Assembly (NCBI GenBank): GCA_964057225.1
Contig: OZ059899.1
Coordinates: forward strand, 15,190,001 to 15,254,000
Direction: 5' to 3'
Source: Auanema rhodensis
Taxonomy: Eukaryota > Animalia > Nematoda
DNA: 64,000 nt
Below the pieces are notes generated by a model that searched no databases, was not told where the DNA came from, and was given only the letters and a program-made list of their open reading frames with translations. Shown piece after piece: positions 37,791 to 59,326 of this stretch. The position numbers were made by a program, and so were the translations under genes. Numbering within the stretch: the first letter of the stretch is position 1; each line of letters opens with the position of its first letter.

Positions 37791-40690
37791 TTAATAACTG
37801 AATAAACCAATTTTACCATCGGCACCAGCTGTAAGAAGCCAAGCTTGGGTTGGATGCCAAACGCAATCAAGCATATTCAAATCATTTGTCTGTAAAGAAG
37901 TAAACATCATTATAAATTGAAATAACACGACAAACCATTTCATGACCATATAGCCTCTTGACAGGATACAACTCATTATCCTTTAAGAGATCAGTGTGTA
38001 TCCTGGCATAATAGATCATAGCAGTTCCATCATCACTGACAGAAGCCAACAATGGATACCTAAAACCAGATGCTAATTAAGTTGTATCTTAAAAATTGCT
38101 CACTTTTTGTGATAAGCTACGGATCTGACGGCAGATTGATGATGCTTCAGCTTCTTCCATGGTTTATTGGATAACTCTAGATCCATCCAGCAGAACTTTC
38201 TATCTAATCCTCCCACAAATAAGTTCTGAAAGACAGAAAATGAAAATTACATTGAAGATATCAAATCTTACATCGCCAACACTGTCTGGAACCATCGAAC
38301 TAATATGTTTAATACCCGTGATACACTTCTTAAGAAGTTGGCATCGAGCCAAGTCGTATACTCTAATATGGATCTTCGTAGCAACAAAGAGCTTGGCTTG
38401 TGATGGATGGAATGCAACCGACTGCACGTGCCCCTTTCTTTTGGTGAATGGACACTGAAATATAATTAATTTTCCGAGACCTACATCAAATAGCAGTTTA
38501 CCTGAGATCTAGCCTTGCTGAGCTGATGGATAAATACAGAGCTTGCAATATCCTCCAATGCAACAGAGGCAAAATAATCTCCATTAGCGTGCCATACAAC
38601 TTTTCTAACTTCCTAAACCGAAAATAAGCTAAACGTATGGGAGAATTAAGTTTACATTTGGCATTTTGAGAATCACACGATCTTTATCTCTATGTCTTCT
38701 CCAGTCAATTTTGCTTCCTTCAACTTCACCAACGGGAACATCTTTCAGTTGTTTATCGGTATTAGACACCAACAAACGATCTCCACATTGTGTGTTGAAG
38801 ACGGCGATCTTAAAGGAAACGTTTTATTACTTTTATCCTATATAACCAAATTACTTCTTTGCCTTCATACGAAACAGCAACAAGAGTAGAAGTAGATGCA
38901 GGGCTGAAAGCCACTGATGTAACCGGGCCATCAACTTTGAAGATCTAAAATCGTTAATGTTCGAAATTCGTATTTAAAAATCTTTTTACCTTGAGGCATC
39001 TTCCTGTATCCATAGACCAAATACGAACTGTACCATCTTCTCCACCAGAGGCAAGTAGCTGACCTTTCTCTGGTTCAACAGATATAGAACGAACTTGTCC
39101 AACATGACCAACCATGTACTAAAAGTGGATTGTTATGTAAATGATAATATGTTCGCTGACAAAATAAGATTTCACAAAATGGAAATTGAAATACAGCGTA
39201 AAAGTTCACGCAATATGAGAAATGATGTCTACATCATACGCACTTTACAAGATTACATAAGGATAATAAAGAATATAAAACTTACAAAGGCCAATGTAGT
39301 AGGGAATGGTTTGAGATCATTTGGATTAGGTAAGTCTGGCAATAATTCTGATGGATCGGCATGAATCTGAATGAAATTTCATATTTTTTTGAGTTTACCG
39401 CTGTCTTACCTTCATCTTTGTTTGTCTTGGAGCAAGATACAAGTCTAAGCAACGCTCGAAACGCTCAGTGATGAATTTGTCATATTGAGGCACCTATTTC
39501 GCGAAATGAATAATGAAGTTATTCAACCTTCTTACCTTTCTAAGAGCATCAAACTTCTTTGGAATATATTTAAGAGTACGATCCTCTGGTTCAGCCTCCT
39601 CCCATCTGAAAAAAAATATGGTTAGCCGTACGGCTTTTTAAATTATTACTTTTTCTTCTCTTCTTCATCCAACAAGAATTCTTCTGGAGGGTTATAAGAC
39701 TCAGAATGAACAGGCAATGGTAGCTGAAACATATTTTTAAAACTAAGAACAATTTCATGAGAACAAACCTTAGGAGCAGGCATATGCACTCTCATTCTTG
39801 ATAATTCTGATCTAGTCTTGTGTTCCATGTGATCTTCTGATGCCCAAAGATCGTAAACCTTCTTCTCTTCCTTAGGTTCTGGAGCTTTCATCCAGCCCAT
39901 TTTAATGGCATGAACCATTCTAGAAACCTTTTTCATTTCATCCTTTGAAGGAATGAAACGAGCTTTGCGTTCAGGGCTGAAAATAAGTGCTTTTATTATG
40001 ATATAGAGAGTAGAAAATACATGTTATCAATAGGATGAATACTCTTTTCAGAAGAGAATAGATCCAAAAATGGCTCATAAGGATTATAAGATGAAATTGG
40101 ATATTTTCCTGAGGCAATATTTTTAATTTTTTCGATCTAAAAAATTCAATTGTGCGTTAGTTCTGAGAATCTTCAACACATACTTGTTCTTCAGTGAGTA
40201 TAACATCGGTTCCAGTTTGTCTATCAAACACTTTTCTCCAGTAATCCGGATCTTCCATTTTTTCCAAGAAAGTATCAATTTCACCTTTCTTTTTAGGTTT
40301 AGAAATCTTCTCTCCAAATTTATCATATCCTATGTGCTCTTCATCATCGTACCATTCGATGGGAATATTTCCGATTGTATTTCTGAGATCCTAAACAAAA
40401 TGAATGAATAAATAATAACGTAATTTTTTAATTTAGGCACAATAACGTAAAATATTCAAACTTGCAACCAAAAATATGAAACTAACCTCTTCATCCGAAG
40501 AATCATAGTAGTATTCATCTTTTTTCTTATCTATGACTGTTAACTTCTCAGTATTTTTTGTATCAACTGTTTCATTTTTCAAATCAGCAATTTCAGTTTT
40601 AGGTTCTTCCTTGGTTTTCTCTTTTTGTTTTCTAAGAGCAGGACGTTTCTTTGCCTGTTTAGCTACTGTGACAACTTCTGTTTTAGACAT
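37791..40690 (-). CDS. BOP1: Ribosome biogenesis protein BOP1/Erb1 (WD40)
   Basis: DSSDEE|[92 protein letters not shown]. Confidence 0.96.
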
Positions 40691-41096
40691 TGTCTGAAAG
40701 CAAATATAATTAAAATACGAAAATATTATAAAAATATACAAAATGAAATATTCATTTCAGCAAAATTTCACATACGCAAATTCGCAAATTTCACTTAAAC
40801 TTCTTGCGTATCGTGCCGAAAAACGTCAACATCTATTATGACGTCACGGAGATAGTCCGTTACTACCGGATTTCCATAAAAATATTCAAAGGGATAATGA
40901 AACAATAATAGTGACATAATTATTCGAGGGACATATTAAAATTTAAAACTTTTTTTACAAGCTCTTATGGCTTACGATGTTTTTCATGCATTTGAATTTG
41001 AATCTTTAATTTGAATTTTGAAGCCGATTAATTAATTTTATTCATTTTTTAGTTTGTAAAATAGATCTTGGATAACGCTTTAATTATTCCGTTGAA
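40691..41096. promoter_or_regulatory. Divergent BOP1 / smc-3 intergenic promoter
   Basis: 406 bp between head-to-head start codons; CRE palindrome TGACGTCA at 40839-40846; four TTTGAA (CHR-like) copies at about 40991-41022. Confidence 0.6.
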
Positions 41097-45876
<4,780 letters not shown>

Positions 45877-46474
45877 AATGTTTTTTTACAAGTTTATGTA
45901 GCCTGATCTCTAATTATATATTCTGTTACACATTCTGTACTTACTGAAATCACATTAATTGACTTAACTGACGACTGAAAGGTTTTTTTCTCGATCTCAT
46001 CAGTAATATGCGTATATTGACTGTAAATTGTTTTCGACTATGTATATTAAATTATTGATGTTAATATTCTTTCAAGTTATTTTTTTCTTAATTTCTATTA
46101 CTAAAATATGAATACACTCAATAAACACGCTTGGTTAAAAGGTGAAGTAAGTCACCATCTTCTCACTATTTCTGCCAAAAGATACTACCATGTTTTGAAA
46201 TTAATAATAATTCAAGCTTATTCGTTATCCATAGCTTGACAAGAAGAACTTTATGTTTTATTGTAATTTCCACTAATGCTCAGTGGAACGACGCCAATTT
46301 AAAAAAAAACTGTTACTATTGTGTTAAGCATGTACGCATTGCGTATTTTTTTATTGTTTAAATTCAAAACTTAATTTTGAAATGTAATTTGAATTTTGAA
46401 GCCGATTAATTAATTTTATTCATTTTTTAGTTTGTAAAATAGATCTTGGATAACGCTTTAATTATTCCGTTGAA

Positions 46475-51254
<4,780 letters not shown>

Positions 51255-51801
51255 AATGTTTTTTTACAAGTTTATGTAGCCTGATCTCTAATTATATATT
51301 CTGTTACACATTCTGTACTTACTGAAATCACATTAATTGACTTAACTGACGACTGAAAGGTTTTTTTCTCGATCTCATCAGTAATATGCGTATATTGACT
51401 GTAAATTGTTTTCGACTATGTATATTAAATTATTGATGTTAATATTCTTTCAAGTTATTTTTTTCTTAATTTCTATTACTAAAATATGAATACACTCAAT
51501 AAACACGCTTGGTTAAAAGGTGAAGTAAGTCACCATCTTCTCACTATTTCAGCTAAAGGAAAAGCTTATTCGTTATACATTGTTGGAAGAAAAATTCTTA
51601 TATATAACCGTACTCCTTTTTCGGTCCTCAGTGTTCGAATTACTGTCAACAGATATCCGCAGCTGTACGTAAAGGGACATTTGTTTTTAATTCTTGTTCA
51701 CTATCGTCCTGGTGTTTTCGACTGGCTGACTATCTCGCTGCTTTAACTCATTGTTGTTAATATTTTAATGACTACCTAATCATTAATTTTTAACTGGTAT
51801 A

Positions 51802-54800
51802 ATGGCTCGGAGGGAAAGAACCAAACGGGGTCGTTGGGAGACTTATAATCCTGAATTCAATACTGAAGAAGGCCAATATTCAAACAGTAGTGTAGATAAG
51901 GCTTCCTCAAAAGATCCTGCTGCTCCAAGTAAAATAATAAATCTTTGAAATATTTAAAAAATTGTCTTTATAACAGTTCCCAAAGCTGCTTCTCAAAATT
52001 TAAGTGGAGAACCTGTTGGTATTGCCACAGATGAGTTTGGTGCTAAAGATTACAGGCGTGATATGCCACTTAAGGTTCTTAATTTCTTCATCTTTTCTTA
52101 AATATATTTCAAATTTAGAATGATTTTAATTCTCGACCGTTATGGGTAGCACCCGATGGCCATATTTTTTTAGAATCGTTCAGTCCAGTTTACAAGCATG
52201 CCCGTGATTTCCTTATTGCAATTTCTGAGGTATAACCTCTCGCTTCTACAGTTTTTCTCATAAAAGTTGAAACATTATTTAGCCTGTTTGTCGTCCAGAA
52301 TTTATTCACGAGTACCAGCTTACAGCATATTCTTTATATGCTGCAGTTTCAGTAGGATTACAAACGAATGATATCATAGAATACCTGGAGAGATTAAGTA
52401 AATCCTCCCTTCCCAAAGGAATCATAGAATTTGTCAAGGTGCTTTTCATCTTTTTCTTTTTTTATAATATGAACAGTATATTTTTCCAGCTTTGTACTGT
52501 CAGTTACGGAAAAGTGAAATTAGTCTTGAAGCATAATAGATACTTTGTTGAATCTCGGCATTCTGATGTTATTCAAAAACTTTTGAAGGATTCTGTTATC
52601 CAATCTTGCATTTTGGAAGACAAAAAAGCTGTTGAAGAAGAGCAGGTTTTGATTGTCGTTTTAATTTTTTTTGCAATTTGAATTTTAGATAACAGTCGGA
52701 AAAATTCGCTTTCCCAATGAGCAACAAACTGATGTCGAAACAAAATCAGGTATTTCATCTGTTTCTATTTCTAATCCAGTAAGTTTTAATTATAGATGAA
52801 GTTCCTGAGGATATTGATCAGTTATATGGAAAGCTAGATGGTGATGATGAAGATGATGCCGAAATTCGCAGTCTTCAACTGCTTACTTTTGAAATCAAAC
52901 AAGTAGTTCAAGCAATTTTTGTAAAACGTTTATTGTGTATTAACAGGAATCTATTGAAACTGTTCAAAAAAGATGTATTGAGCTAGAGTTTCCTCTTTTG
53001 GCTGAGTATGACTTTCGTAATGATACACTTAATCCAAACCTTGGAATTGATTTGAAACCATCAACTACACTTCGTCCTTACCAGGAGAAAAGTTTAAGAA
53101 AAATGTTTGGAAACTGCAGAGCCAGGTTTGACTTTCATGCCAGAACTTATATATATATTCATCCCATTTTTTTCAGATCCGGAGTTATTGTATTGCCTTG
53201 TGGTGCTGGTAAAACATTAGTGGGTGTTACTGCTGTAACTACAGTTAACAAGAGATGTCTTGTACTGGCTAACTCTAACGTTTCTGTAGAGCAGTGGAGA
53301 GCACAGTTTAAAGTCAGTAAAATATAGTTATGCTGTAATAATTCATTTGTTTGTAGCTTTGGTCTACGATTCATGACAAGCAAGTATTAAAATTTACACG
53401 TGAAAGTAAAACTGCTATCCCAACTGGAGCAGATGCAAAGAAGGTACTACAACTTAGTTTCTATTTATTTTTTATTAATGTTTAGCCTGTTGTATGCATT
53501 AGTACTTATTCTATGGTAGCATATGCTGGTAAAAGAACATATCAAGCAGAAGAGGCTATGAAGTTCATTGAAAGCCAAGAATGGGGATTGTTACTGTTAG
53601 ATGGTATGATTTATGGTTTTATCGTTTTTTTTTCTCATTTTACAAATTTTATTTAATATCCTAATGTTATTATTCAAGTTTAAACTAAAAGCGATAAATG
53701 GCAAACAGAATGTCTTTGAAACTTACGTGAACTTTCACGTAGTTGAGTTGTGTCGTTGATGTTTACGTGAACTTTCACGTAATTAACGATGTGCTATAGA
53801 AGCAATCATAAACAAAATATGTTATTTTGAGCGAAATATTCATAATCAAAAGAACAAAGCTTAAAAGGATATTGGAAATGGGACTGTTTAATTGCAGAAG
53901 TACATACTATCCCTGCAAAAATGTTCCGTAGAGTATTAACTATTGTACAAGCACATTGCAAACTGGGTTTGACTGCTACACTTGTTCGTGAAGATGACAA
54001 AATTACTGATTTGAATTTCCTTATCGGTTTGTGATTTGTTATTTTCAAATTAGAATTTCAACTTTAGGGCCCAAAATCTATGAAGCTAATTGGATGGAAT
54101 TACAAAAGGCTGGCCACATTGCTAAAGTACAGTGTGCAGAAGTATGGTGCCCGATGACTTCAGAATTTTACTCATATTATCTCAGGTATAACATTTTTGT
54201 TTTTAATTTTATAATATCGTATTTTCCAGAGCTCAAATAGCTAGAAGACTTTTACTTGCGGTAATGAATCCAAATAAGTTCAGAATTTGCCAATTTTTAA
54301 TCAAATATCACGAGAGGAGAAATGACAAGGTGATTATACAATTTATACATTTTTAATTGTTTATGATTTCCATAATATATGTTCTATTCACCTATTTTCA
54401 TTTCAGATTATTGTTTTCTCAGATAACGTTTTCGCTTTGAAAAAATATGCTATCGAGATGAACAAGCCTTTCCTTTATGGTGAGACTAATCAGAATGAGA
54501 GAATGAAAATTCTGCAAAATTTCCAATACAATCCTAAAGTTAATACAATCTTTGTATCGAAGGTATGCTACATTGCTTTTTTGCTTTCGCATTTTTTGTT
54601 TTCAGGTTGCCGATACATCTTTTGATTTACCAGAAGCTAACGTACTGATCCAGATATCTGCTCATGGTGGTTCTCGTCGTCAGGTATTTCTTCTCATGAA
54701 TTTCTTTTACATATTATACTTTTAGGAAGCTCAACGTCTGGGACGTATTCTTCGTGCCAAGAAACATTCAAGCGATGCATTTAATGCTTTCTTCTATTCT

Positions 54801-55297
54801 CTTGTCTCCCAAGATACTGTAGAAATGGGTTATTCCAGAAAACGTCAAAGGTAATCTGAAATTCTAAAATACTCACATCTTATTGCTATAACGCTTCAGA
54901 TTCTTGGTTAATCAAGGTTATGCTTATAAAGTTGTAAATCGATTCCCTGGAATGGAAAAAGAAGATTTGAAACTGGCTACAAAGGCATGTTTCACTGATT
55001 CTCTAGTTTTCATATTTCTCAAATCTTCAGCAAGATCAGCTTCAACTTCTTCAACAAGTTCTTGCGGCTTCTGATGCTGATGCAGAGGAAGAAGACATCA
55101 AAGAAGAGTTGGCTGATGGAACTATTAAGGTATAATCTTTTTTTTTGCTATTCAAGCATCGTGTTGTTTAGGTCAGCAGACGGGAAACAACAATGGGTTC
55201 AGTATCAGGTGGATCGGGTGTGTCATATTCTAACAGGTCGAAAGTGCAAGCTCTGGCAGAACGCCATCCTCTATTCAAGCGTTTCCGAGCAAAATAA
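51802..55297 (+). CDS. xpb-1: TFIIH helicase/translocase XPB (ERCC3)
   Basis: [51 protein letters not shown]|[21 protein letters not shown]|[13 protein letters not shown]-terminal HPLFKRFR; GC-AG intron at 54985-55030. Confidence 0.97.
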
Positions 55298-55843
55298 TAT
55301 TGGTTTTTTTTCCGTGTTCAAGATCTTCATGTACTTAATAAACTTTTTGAAAAATAAACACCTTTTTTCGAGCAAATAATTTATACTTCTCATTCTCAAG
55401 CAAATAACAAATCTAATTATTAATTTGTTAATATGTTTTATACTCCATATAAGACAAAAAATTCGAAATAATTATTGTTATTACATCTAAAATTATCATA
55501 GATGATTCTGATAACATCACATATCACATAGAGAATGTGTACAAGGAGTAGATCTTATAAGAATAAATATGTGGGAGTTTTGAATCTATCATGTAGAAAT
55601 ACCAGCACGAAAACCGAAGAAGACAAATTCTATTGACAGAGAGAGGAAGAAAGAGAGAGGGAGAGAGACCATCAATGACGGTTACAAGAAGTACCCATGA
55701 AAATTGGATTATCTTACAAGTAGGTACAATTGCAAGATGGAAGAGCAGAGAAAACGGAATGGAAATGAGGTTAAACGAATTAAATTATAGTCTTATATTC
55801 ACACATTATTTCCTTGACTAAAATTGTCAACTATATAAAACTA

Positions 55844-56306
55844 TTAGGTGTGCGCAAAAGTTCCTGGATTTGGAAAAAGATGCATTTTTCATTGATTAAA
55901 CTAGCGTTTTTTCAGGTGTCTACCAACGGCAGCCAAATGCTGTTGTGAGCTTACTAAAGAGCCTTTAAGAGCTTTTTCAAGCTTCTGGTTCGGCAATGAT
56001 TTACAGGTACTATAAGAAGGTATATCTTCACCATAAATGGATTTGAGAAGATTATAAGTTTTTAAGGCATTTAAACCTTAATTGAAATATAGCTTCAGAC
56101 AGTTACGCATGTGTTGCTTGCCGAAAGCCATTTCAGAAAATAAGAGCAAAAACGAAAATAGAAGTGAAAAAAAAGATTTTTTTTATAATTTAAAATTAAA
56201 ACAATTTTTTTAATATAATTTTGAATTTGGTTTTTGCTAATTTTCAAATTCAAAATATTTATTCGAATTTAAATGTGGGTGGCCAGAAACTTTTGAGCAC
56301 ACCTAA
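55844..56306. mobile_element. Tc1/mariner-type non-autonomous element (MITE), 463 bp
   Basis: 24-bp terminal inverted repeats TTAGGTGTGCGCAAAAGTTCCTGG and (reverse complement of right end) TTAGGTGTGCTCAAAAGTTTCTGG, two mismatches; TA on both sides (55842-43, 56307-08); no transposase ORF. Confidence 0.9.
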
Positions 56307-56747
56307 TATATGTAACACCCGAAAAGAGCATGTCAAGGTTATAACATGAAAAATTGAAGCTCATTGCAGTTTTGTACCCAGAATATGATAGGATACACCG
56401 ACTACAGCGAAATCACCAGGATTCAAGCAACGACAAAGAAAAATAAAGAAAACGTCTCAAATTGGAAGAAACATAACAACTAGCAAAATACCCATCGGTG
56501 TTGAATAAAATTGAAAAATACACAAGTCAAACACCTAGGGAGAAGTGTAAATCACAGAGTCCCTAATCATCAATGGTGTCTATATATTTGAAAAAAGCAG
56601 GCAAAACAAAAGGCAAGCACGAATGGCAAAATTGTAAGCTAGGAGCGGAAAATAAAGGGTCAGAGTTTCGAACTCCAAAAATTAGTTTAGTGTTTCTAGC
56701 GAAACAGGAGATTCTTTCACTGTTCTTCTAAGATTTGAATCTATTTT

Positions 56748-59326
56748 CTAATTCATAGGATACTGCGGATACATCGGAGCAGACACGTATTGAGGATAAG
56801 AAGGAGATGCGATAGGTGGATTCACAGGCATCGACATTCCAACACTACCCATACGAGGATTGCCAGGCATCATTGTTGGGTCCATCATTGGACTCAGGAA
56901 ACTGAATAGTTGACTTTCAAAACAGAGCGAATGATAGAGGAACATACCGAGGATCAGGTCTACTCATAGGATGCATACTGAAATACTGGTTCTGACGTTG
57001 TTGCATCTGCTGAGCCATCATTTGTTGTTGCATTGCTGAAATAGGAAAGTTTTTGAAATGAGAAAACATAAAAACATACATCTTTGATGTTGCATTCTCA
57101 TCATCATGAACTGTTGTTGAGACATTCCAGGATGAGGCTGAAATGAAAAAAAATATTTGAGTGAATCAAACAGTAAACTACGAACCTGATTCATCATAGC
57201 ATTGCCCGGCATTTGAATGTTTTCTTGGTACCCAGGATAACTGAAAAAACTACAATGAGTAATATTTAAAAAACGGTTGGAATACCCTGGTTGCTGCATG
57301 TTCATATATGGAGGTGGCATCATGCCATTTTGTGGGTACCCTGGATGCCGTGGCTGCCCAGGCATCTGAGGTTCAGATTGCGGCTCATGAGGTGTTGGCG
57401 TTGATTGAGGTTGGTTCTGAACCTGCTGCACCTGAGCAGCCTGCTGTTGTTGCAGTGAACTAGGAGCCAAGCAAGTGGAAACAGGTGTACTAGTACATAA
57501 AGGAGCACCAATAGAACTTCCTCCAAACGACATAGCAGACGTTGTACAACCATTCGTGGGAGTAATTGGAAGATTCCCATAGTTACACGTATTACTTGGC
57601 ATAGTTGGAATTTGGGGTTGCATAGGATGAGGTTGCGATCGGTTAGGTTGAGATGGCTAAAAAGAGGGTTTAAATTACAAATTGATGTATGTGAACAAAC
57701 CTGTGAAGTTGGTTGCAATGGGGGTTGCTTGGGCTGTTGAGAAGATGATGACGCCTGGGGCTGAGGGGGTTGAATTGGATTATCGGGACTAATTCCGAAA
57801 CCATCAATTGGAGACATCGCTGATATCGATGGCTTTGCATCATACATAGATGACGATGGTTTCTGATCTAACAACGCTCCAGATGATATAGGTGGCATTA
57901 AATCACCGAATAGGTCATCATTACCCAGATCAGCTATTGCACTTCCAGTCTATAAAGATGGATTGTGAAAGCTTAATTTCATATATAAGTACTAACCATT
58001 TGAGCTACGGCTGCATCCAAATTAATTTGATCAGTGTTTAAATTAGATAAGTCATCGGTTTCCTTAGAAACTGGTACTTGAGGACTAGGTACCTGAATCC
58101 AAAAATTTGAAAAGTTAGATATGCGATTACTCACATTATCGGCACAAGAAGGTGGAGAGCATTGAGTAGCACTTGAGGAGGATGGAATGGTATGAGGACT
58201 AGAGGTTGATGGTTGCATGTGGGGACTGTTATTCATCATCATCATCATGGGTCCGTTAGTCCCGTTCATAGCTGTGGTATTTGAAGTGATGGGCCCAGAG
58301 TTAGCGCTCATTGGCCCACTGCTGGCATTCATGGGAGGATTCATCATGGTCATAGAATGTCCATTCATACTCTAAAATAAAGGTTAAAAAGAGTTACAAA
58401 ATAAGCTATAAGAACCATTGCTGCGTTCCTCTGATGTTGCTGCATCATCATAGACTGTTGATACTGTTGATGTTGCATTTGATGTTGATGTTGCTGTTGT
58501 TGCTGTTGCTGTTGCTGTTGTTGTTGTTGTTGTTGCTGCTGCTGGTGCTGCATCTGTTGTTGGAAAGCCATCCAGCGAGCATGATCAGGTGCCATCACAG
58601 GTTGTTGGTTTCGGGTGCCTCCTGAAAAGGAGTATTTGAAAAATAATTAATAATAGAAAAAACACTTTTTATATACAACAAAATGTTATAAAAGCTACAT
58701 TCTAAAGCAAAACTTACGATTCATTTCAGCAAAACCTTGTCTGAATTCTTCTCTACCATACTGATCATCACCATCGTGTCGGCGCTTACGTGATTCACCC
58801 GTTTGTGATATCTGGAGAAACGTTTTTGATTATTCAATTCAAGCACAAACAGAAAAAAAGTAGGAAAGAACCTACAGCTCTAGAATTGCTAGTTGCTGTT
58901 GCACTTCCACCGTGTTGTCCGTTAACTTGGATAGAATCCTTGGTTTTTTCTCTTTCCTTGTCCTTATCTCGCCAATATCTGGAAGAGGCAATTGGGTGAA
59001 AACATAATAAGACAGATTGAAAAAAATGAAACAAACCGTTGCCTTAGCTGTTCTCGTTCCTCACGTTCAGCTCGCAATTGAAATTCAAGACTGACCGCCT
59101 GTCTCTTCTTGGCCTCTTCCGCTTGTTTGTTCCAAATGGATAAGGATGTTTTCAGACGTTCTTCGGGAGTCATTTGCCTGCAAGAAAGATTAATGAGTTC
59201 TCTAAATCAAGTACTAGGTGAAACTAACGAAACAACATCATCCTCAGGATAGGGGGGCATTCCGGATGCCCTTTCATTAGCAGATGATGGTGATGGTGTG
59301 GCCATTGCGGCCCCACCCATCTGCAT
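56748..59326 (-). CDS. sel-8: Q/P/M-rich Mastermind-like Notch coactivator (LAG-3/SEL-8 candidate)
   Basis: Multi-exon ORF with N-terminal helix EERLKTSLSIWNKQAEEAKKRQAVSLEFQLRAEREEREQLRQR|YW, basic RKRR motif, polyQ tract and low-complexity Q/P/M/S C-terminus. Additional 5' exons are possible. Confidence 0.7.
58491..58544 (-). repeat. CAG/CAA polyglutamine tract within the Mastermind-like gene
   Basis: About 18 consecutive Gln codons of mixed CAA/CAG. Confidence 0.93.

Noticed and set aside
58434-58625. Poly-Leu ORF
   Set aside because: Antisense reading of the polyQ tract.
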